64,000 nt of DNA from Alphaproteobacteria bacterium (GTDB lineage: Bacteria > Pseudomonadota > Alphaproteobacteria > Methylaequorales > Methylaequoraceae): positions 89,167 to 153,166 of the forward strand of contig JBJKUR010000012.1 of the NCBI GenBank assembly GCA_045563055.1, in the 5' to 3' direction. Under the pieces are notes generated by a model. That model was given only the letters and a program-made list of their open reading frames with translations, did not search any database and was not told the origin of the DNA. Shown piece by piece: positions 58,370 to 64,000 of this stretch (positions are counted from its first letter, which is position 1; the number at the start of each line of letters is the position of its first letter). Both the position numbers and the translations under genes were made by a program.

Positions 58370-60991
58370 ATGAATAATTCCACTAAGATAAGACAGAAAT
58401 TCATAGAGTTCTTTAAAAGCAAATCCCATACTGAGTTGCAATCTTCACCATTGGTTCCTAATGATGATCCGAGCATTCTATTTACAAATGCTGGGATGGT
58501 TCAATTCAAGAAATGGTTTACTGGTGATTTAAAGCCAAAACACAAAAATGTTGTTACTGTTCAAAAATGTTTAAGAGCTGGAGGTAAACATAATGATCTT
58601 GAAAATGTCGGATATACTCCGCGTCATCACACTTTCTTTGAAATGTTGGGAAACTTCTCTTTTGGAAAATATTTTAAAGAGGAGGCAATAAAGCTTGCTT
58701 GGGATTTATTAACAAAAGAATATTCACTTGACAAAAATAGGTTGATTATAACTGTTTTTAAAGATGACAGTGAATCGTTGAAAATTTGGAAAAAATTGAC
58801 TGGATTTGATGAAAATAAAATTTTAAGAATTTCTTCTAGTGATAATTTCTGGTCTATGGGAGAGGAGGGACCTTGTGGACCTTGTAGTGAGATTTTTTTT
58901 GACAACGGAAGTAAAATTACAGGAGGACTTCCCGGTTCAAAAAATCAAGACGGAAATAGATTTGTTGAAATTTGGAATCTAGTTTTCATGGAATTTTTAA
59001 AAAAAAATAATAAATTGACAAATCTTCCTGGAAAATTTGTGGATACTGGGATGGGCTTAGAAAGAATAACTGCTGTTTTATCAGATAAAATAAACAACTA
59101 TGATACGGATTTGTTTAATTTTATTTTTGAGAAAATTTCAATCGAAACTAAAACCAAATTCAATGAAAATACCTTAATTTCATATAGAATCATTTCAGAT
59201 CATATAAAATCAATAACATTTATGATGGCAGAAGGTGTATTACCTTCTAACGAAGGAAGAGGATATGTTCTTAGAAGGATTATAAGAAGAGCTTTATTAC
59301 ATGTAAATAAGCTTAGTCCAGGTTTAATTATCTTACATAAGCTAGTAGATAATGTCATTGATAAATATGAAAAAAAATACTACGAACTAAAAAATGCGAA
59401 TTCTTTCATTAAAAATAATCTAGAAAATGAGGAGAAAAAATTTATTGAAACACTTTCTATAGGCTTGGATATTCTTAATGATGAAGTTAGTAAAATATCT
59501 GGAGTAATATTTCCGTCTGAAACAGCATTTAAACTCTACGATACATATGGCTTCCCTGTTGATATGACAGAATCTATTCTTTCAAAAAAAGGAATAAAAT
59601 TAGATATGAACAAATATTGGTCAATTTTAGAAAATCATAAATCCTTACAGAAAACTTCATGGGTAAAAGATAAAAATAAAACTGAAGACCATTTAAAATT
59701 ACTTCTTCAAAAAGAAATAGAGTTAACAAATTTTTGTGGATACGATGAAGATTCTTCTGAATCAACTTTAGTAGGAATTATAAATGATGGCAAGATAGTT
59801 GAAAGTGTCAATCAAAATGACAAAGTTATTTTGATTTTTAATAAAACACCATTCTATGCTGAGTCCGGTGGACAGGTTGGTGACTCAGGAGTTGTTCTTG
59901 ATGAGAATAATGAATTAGTAGGTGAGATTAATGACACAAAAAAAATAGGTGAAGGAATTTATCTTCACTTTGTTGAGAATTGCTTAAGAAAAATATATTT
60001 AAAAAATAAATATTTTTTACAAATTGACAAACTTAAAAGAGAAAAGATACGAAATAATCACTCTGCTACGCACTTACTTCATGAATCTCTTCGTCAGGTT
60101 GTTGGAGAACATGTTTCTCAAAAAGGATCACTTGTAAATGAAAAAAAACTTAGATTCGATTATTCATCGAATGAACAACTTTCAATTGAGCAAATCAAAA
60201 AAATCGAGTTTTTAATTAATAAAACCATACGGTCTAACACTAAAGTCAAGATTTCAAAAATGCCTATTCGTAAAGCTATAAAGAGTGGGGCAATTGCATT
60301 ATTTGGGGAAAAGTACCCAGACATTGTGAGAGTGGTAGGTATTGAAAATAGCAACGAATCTAATCTCTTAAATTCAATTGAACTATGCGGAGGGTCACAT
60401 GTATATTATACCGGACAAATCGGTAGCTTTAAAATTTTAAATGATTCATCTGTTTCCTCAGGTATCAGAAGAGTTGAAGCATTGACAGGTGAAGAAGCTA
60501 ATAATTATTATGAAAAAAAATTAGAAATTTTTGAAAAAATTAAAAATAAATTAAGAGCAACAGATGAAACAATTCTTGACAAGATAGAAAATTTAAAAAA
60601 AAAATCTCTCTTATCAGTAAATTCTAAGACTTCTGATGATTTAGAGTTTTCAGAAAAAAAAATTATTAAATTCAATAACACTTCTATTTATTTTGATAAC
60701 TTGTCCTGTGCGGTAAAAGATTTAAAAAACTGCGCCGACATAATAAAAAAAGAATTTAAATCAGGAATCATTGTTTTATCAACTTGCCAAGATAAGAAGG
60801 TGTCGATTGTAGTATCAGTTACGAATGACTTGCTTAATCATTATGATTCGAATGAAATAATTAAGAAAATAATAACATTCCTTGGAGGCAAGGGAGGGGG
60901 AGGAAGAAAAGATTTATCCCAAGGTGGAGCCCCTTTAAGTGAAAATTTTGCAAAAATGAAATCTAAAATCTACGATATTATAAAGTCTTAG
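58370..60991 (+). CDS. alaS: Alanine--tRNA ligase
   Basis: 873 aa. It has FTNAGM.QFK and an editing-domain HxxxH (HSATHLLH) and CGGSHV, plus a C-terminal DHHA1-like GGKGGG. Confidence 0.97.
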   Translation: MNNSTKIRQKFIEFFKSKSHTELQSSPLVPNDDPSILFTNAGMVQFKKWFTGDLKPKHKNVVTVQKCLRAGGKHNDLENVGYTPRHHTFFEMLGNFSFGKYFKEEAIKLAWDLLTKEYSLDKNRLIITVFKDDSESLKIWKKLTGFDENKILRISSSDNFWSMGEEGPCGPCSEIFFDNGSKITGGLPGSKNQDGNRFVEIWNLVFMEFLKKNNKLTNLPGKFVDTGMGLERITAVLSDKINNYDTDLFNFIFEKISIETKTKFNENTLISYRIISDHIKSITFMMAEGVLPSNEGRGYVLRRIIRRALLHVNKLSPGLIILHKLVDNVIDKYEKKYYELKNANSFIKNNLENEEKKFIETLSIGLDILNDEVSKISGVIFPSETAFKLYDTYGFPVDMTESILSKKGIKLDMNKYWSILENHKSLQKTSWVKDKNKTEDHLKLLLQKEIELTNFCGYDEDSSESTLVGIINDGKIVESVNQNDKVILIFNKTPFYAESGGQVGDSGVVLDENNELVGEINDTKKIGEGIYLHFVENCLRKIYLKNKYFLQIDKLKREKIRNNHSATHLLHESLRQVVGEHVSQKGSLVNEKKLRFDYSSNEQLSIEQIKKIEFLINKTIRSNTKVKISKMPIRKAIKSGAIALFGEKYPDIVRVVGIENSNESNLLNSIELCGGSHVYYTGQIGSFKILNDSSVSSGIRRVEALTGEEANNYYEKKLEIFEKIKNKLRATDETILDKIENLKKKSLLSVNSKTSDDLEFSEKKIIKFNNTSIYFDNLSCAVKDLKNCADIIKKEFKSGIIVLSTCQDKKVSIVVSVTNDLLNHYDSNEIIKKIITFLGGKGGGGRKDLSQGGAPLSENFAKMKSKIYDIIKS

Positions 60992-62190
60992 GGTGAATCA
61001 AGATTCTTTTTAATAACATCAATCAATTGATCTGTTGTCAACCATTTTTGATTAGGTCCACACATCAGAGCTAAGTCTTTTGTCATAAAACCAGAATTTA
61101 CTGAGTCTAAGCAGGACTTCTCGAGAGCATATGCAAAGTTTTGTAATTGAGTGTTAGAGTCAATAGATCCTCTGTGAATTAAAGCTCTGCTCCAGGCAAA
61201 TATCGATGCAATTGGATTTGTTGATGTTGGTTTTCCACCTTGATGCTGTCTGTAGTGACTTGTCACTGTTCCATGTGCAGCTTCAGTTTCTATAACTTTG
61301 CCATCTGGACTTTGAAGAATTGAAGACATTAAACCCAGTGAGCCATAACCCTGAGCCACTAAATCTGACATAACATCTCCATCATAATTTTTACATGCCC
61401 AAACATAACCTCCACTCCACTTCATCAAACATGCGACCATGTCATCAATTAGTCTATGCTGATATGTAATACCAATTTTTTCAAACTCATATTTGAATTC
61501 ATCATTATATAATTGATCGAAGGTTTGCTTGAAAGCTTCATCATATTTTTGTAAAATTGTATTTTTTGTAGATAAGAAAAGTGGAAATTTTCTTTTGAGC
61601 GCAAAATTAAAACAGGATTTACCAAAGTCTCTTATAGAATCAAATGAATTAAAATATGCCAAACCAATTCCAGGAGTATCAAATTTGTGTATCGTTTCTT
61701 GTTTAGTTTTTTTATTATCATCTTCATAAGATAAAGAAAGCTCACCTTTTTTTATTTCTATTTCTTTAGATCTATAAATATCACCAAATGCGTGACGTGC
61801 GATTATAACCGGCTGATTCCAGTGTTTAACAATTTTAGGTACTTTTTGAATAATAATAGGTTCTCTAAATATGGTTCCTTTGAGAATATTTCTGATTGTT
61901 CCATTCGGTGATGGATATTTTTTTTTTAATTTGAATTCTTTAACTCTCTTATCATCCGGGGTTATTGTTGCACACTTCACGCCTACTTGATATTTTTTTA
62001 TTGCGTTAGCTGCATCAACAGTTACTTTATCATTAGATTTATCCCTATTAATAATACTTAGGTCATATTGAATTAAATTTAGTTCTAGAAAAGGAAAAAT
62101 AAGTTTCTTTTTTATTTTATCCCATAATACTCTGGCCATTTCGTCACCATCTACGTCAACAATGGGGTTTTTAACTAATATTTTTGGCAT
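60988..62190 (-). CDS. icd: NADP-dependent isocitrate dehydrogenase, eukaryote-like homodimeric type
   Basis: 400 aa. NPIVDVDGDEM.R..W and NYDGDV.SD are typical of the IDH1/2-like subfamily common in alphaproteobacteria. Confidence 0.9.
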   Translation of the reverse strand: MPKILVKNPIVDVDGDEMARVLWDKIKKKLIFPFLELNLIQYDLSIINRDKSNDKVTVDAANAIKKYQVGVKCATITPDDKRVKEFKLKKKYPSPNGTIRNILKGTIFREPIIIQKVPKIVKHWNQPVIIARHAFGDIYRSKEIEIKKGELSLSYEDDNKKTKQETIHKFDTPGIGLAYFNSFDSIRDFGKSCFNFALKRKFPLFLSTKNTILQKYDEAFKQTFDQLYNDEFKYEFEKIGITYQHRLIDDMVACLMKWSGGYVWACKNYDGDVMSDLVAQGYGSLGLMSSILQSPDGKVIETEAAHGTVTSHYRQHQGGKPTSTNPIASIFAWSRALIHRGSIDSNTQLQNFAYALEKSCLDSVNSGFMTKDLALMCGPNQKWLTTDQLIDVIKKNLDSP

Positions 62191-62355
62191 CTTAATACTT
62201 TGATTTGTTCAACTCTAACTTAGACTTAATAAGATAAAAATAATACTGTTTTAAATTTTTTTTAATTTTTATTTCAGTGTAATCCTTATAAATAAATTAT
62301 AATTATTATTGGAAATTAAAAAATTATAGATATTATGAATTAAAATAGACTAATC

Positions 62356-63330
62356 ATGAAAAAAGACTTTCAAATACTTGTTTTTCTAACATGCATATTC
62401 ACAATAATTTATTTTGCAGTTCCGAATCTTCACAGTAATTTTTCAGAAAACATTGTGATAAAAGATAATATAAGGACGCCTCAAGAAGAAGTTATTCCGG
62501 ATTCAAATATTTTAACTGAAAATGTCACCTTAAACTTTGATATTGTAAGGATTTCAAAACATGGAGATGCCGTCATGGCTGGAAAGTCTAATCCAAATTT
62601 AGATTTAAAGTTATTGGATAATAATAAAGTTCTATCATCACTGCAAACCGATTCAAATGGTGAATGGATCTGGGTAAGTGATATGCCCTTAAAAAAAGGT
62701 ATTAAAAAGTTTAGGCTTATGCACATAGATAATGAAGGGGAAAAAAGTTACTCTGATCAAACTATAATTATTTTTAATAACGCCGAAAAAAAAAGCAAAC
62801 CAAAAGTAATTAAATTTTTACAGAGCAATCAAAAGGACATAAATCTTCTTAATATTGAACCACTAATCAATGGGTTGTCTCTTGATATGGTCAATTATGA
62901 TTCTTCTGGAGAACTTTTTTTTTCTGGAAGAAGTTCCCCAAATGCTGAAATATTAATTTTAGATTCTAATGAGCAATTACTAGATTCTTCTCAATCAAAT
63001 GATGATGGTAATTGGAAATTTTCTTCAAATATTTCCAGACTATCAAGTAAAGATCTTATAATTTCATCTAAAATAGTTGGACAGGATGTTCAAATTATAT
63101 TTACCAAAGAAGATCTAAAGAAGATAATCAATTACGGGAATATTAAAATTAAGGACAAAGAAATCACCATAGAAACGGGAAACAGTTTATGGAGAATTGC
63201 TAGAAAGATATTTGGTGGAGGAATTTTTTATACTCAAATATATGAAAATAATTCAAAATTGATTAAAGATCCGAATTTAATTTATCCTGGTCAAGTTTTT
63301 ATTCTTCCAGAAATCAACACTCAATTTTAA
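62356..63330 (+). CDS. Secreted or anchored protein with a C-terminal LysM domain
   Basis: 324 aa with an N-terminal TM or signal segment. The C-terminus GNSLWRIARKIFGGGIFYTQIYENNSKLIKDPNLIYPGQVFILP is a LysM motif. Confidence 0.7.
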   Translation: MKKDFQILVFLTCIFTIIYFAVPNLHSNFSENIVIKDNIRTPQEEVIPDSNILTENVTLNFDIVRISKHGDAVMAGKSNPNLDLKLLDNNKVLSSLQTDSNGEWIWVSDMPLKKGIKKFRLMHIDNEGEKSYSDQTIIIFNNAEKKSKPKVIKFLQSNQKDINLLNIEPLINGLSLDMVNYDSSGELFFSGRSSPNAEILILDSNEQLLDSSQSNDDGNWKFSSNISRLSSKDLIISSKIVGQDVQIIFTKEDLKKIINYGNIKIKDKEITIETGNSLWRIARKIFGGGIFYTQIYENNSKLIKDPNLIYPGQVFILPEINTQF

Positions 63331-63331
63331 A

Positions 63332-64000
63332 ATGAACAAGCCAAAAGATTTTTTTGATAAACTCGGTGAATTTTTTAATGATTTAGAATCAATTAAGAAC
63401 TTTTTCCCATCAATACATAAGGCAGGAATTCCTTTTGTAATAATTTTTGTTATTGTAACAATAATTCTCTCAATTTTTTCTGACTTTCTTGGTTGGCTAG
63501 GAGTCATTTTATCCATCTGGTGTGTATACTTTTTTAGAGATCCAGAGAGATTCACCCCAACTGACGATGATGTCATCGTTTCGCCTGCTGACGGAAGAGT
63601 TATTTCGATTTCAGAAGTAAGACCTCCAGAAACTTTAAGCGCAGATAAAAATAAAAAAATGATCAAAATTTCAATATTCATGAATGTATTTAATGTTCAT
63701 GTTAATAGAATACCAATATCTGGTAAAGTAGCATGGATGAAATACGTACCCGGGGCGTTTTTTAATGCCTCCCTTGATAAGTCAAGTGAAGATAATGAAA
63801 GAATGATCACAAAATTAGAGGTAAAAAAAGATATTTTTGTTTTCATTGTTCAGATAGCCGGACTCATAGCAAGAAGAATAAAATGTGATTTAGAAGAGAA
63901 TCAAAATGTTAAGATCGGAAATAGGTTTGGTATTATAAGATTTGGCAGTAGGGTTGATCTATATTTACCATTAAATTATGGTGTCGCAGTTCTATTAAAT
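63332..64000 (+). CDS. psd: Phosphatidylserine decarboxylase proenzyme (short, alphaproteobacterial type), 3' end outside the window
   Basis: The frame is open from the ATG at 63332 to the window edge, so it is not in the ORF track. FFRDPER..P......SPADG..., MNVF.VHVNR.P.SG and RFGSRVD (the GS cleavage site) are Psd motifs. Confidence 0.85.
   Translation, partial: MNKPKDFFDKLGEFFNDLESIKNFFPSIHKAGIPFVIIFVIVTIILSIFSDFLGWLGVILSIWCVYFFRDPERFTPTDDDVIVSPADGRVISISEVRPPETLSADKNKKMIKISIFMNVFNVHVNRIPISGKVAWMKYVPGAFFNASLDKSSEDNERMITKLEVKKDIFVFIVQIAGLIARRIKCDLEENQNVKIGNRFGIIRFGSRVDLYLPLNYGVAVLLN

Overview
The window is very AT-rich (roughly 25-30% GC by eye) and gene-dense, with almost no intergenic DNA. 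Many adjacent genes overlap by 1-20 nt. Gene content and local synteny (murA-hisG-hisD-infA-maf, purB-C-S-Q-L followed by bolA-grxD, a eukaryote-like NADP-icd, a GAAC-N7-GAAC box before recA) point to a streamlined marine alphaproteobacterium of the SAR11/Pelagibacterales type. That assignment is inference; no rRNA is present in the window.

I call about 75 protein genes, 2 tRNAs (Phe-GAA, Leu-UAA), one convincing intrinsic terminator and a few candidate regulatory sites. I found no CRISPR array, transposase, integrase, phage gene or recognisable defence or toxin-antitoxin module.

Most of the window is core metabolism:
- histidine biosynthesis, glmU/glmS, cysS, DAHP synthase, nadE, gltX, cimA, rpsD
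- the pur cluster
- a complete seven-gene queuosine locus
- argE, nadK and moaA
- an NAD-dependent formate dehydrogenase module with fdhD, mobA and an oxalate/formate-family MFS transporter
- dksA, recA, alaS, icd and psd

Things worth a second look:
1. Five essential genes (hisD, infA, glmU, class II DAHP synthase, gltX) are each broken by one extra base inside an A or T homopolymer. All five lie in the first 25 kb.
2. nadE has no canonical start codon that would retain its catalytic Glu.
3. A ~2.9 kb islet of eight small orphan ORFs, mostly secreted or membrane proteins, lies between ytoQ and cysS. It includes a diverged paralogue pair.
4. One continuous ORF fuses YidD to a GNAT acetyltransferase.
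5. Two divergent genes carry PopZ/DUF2497-like motifs and flank a perfect 19-bp palindrome.
6. Small cis elements: an 18-bp tandem repeat abutting dksA, an SOS-box-like repeat before recA, and a hairpin covering the alaS start.

I do not see convincing evidence for a genuinely new multi-gene system. The orphan islet is the only candidate, and support for it is weak.
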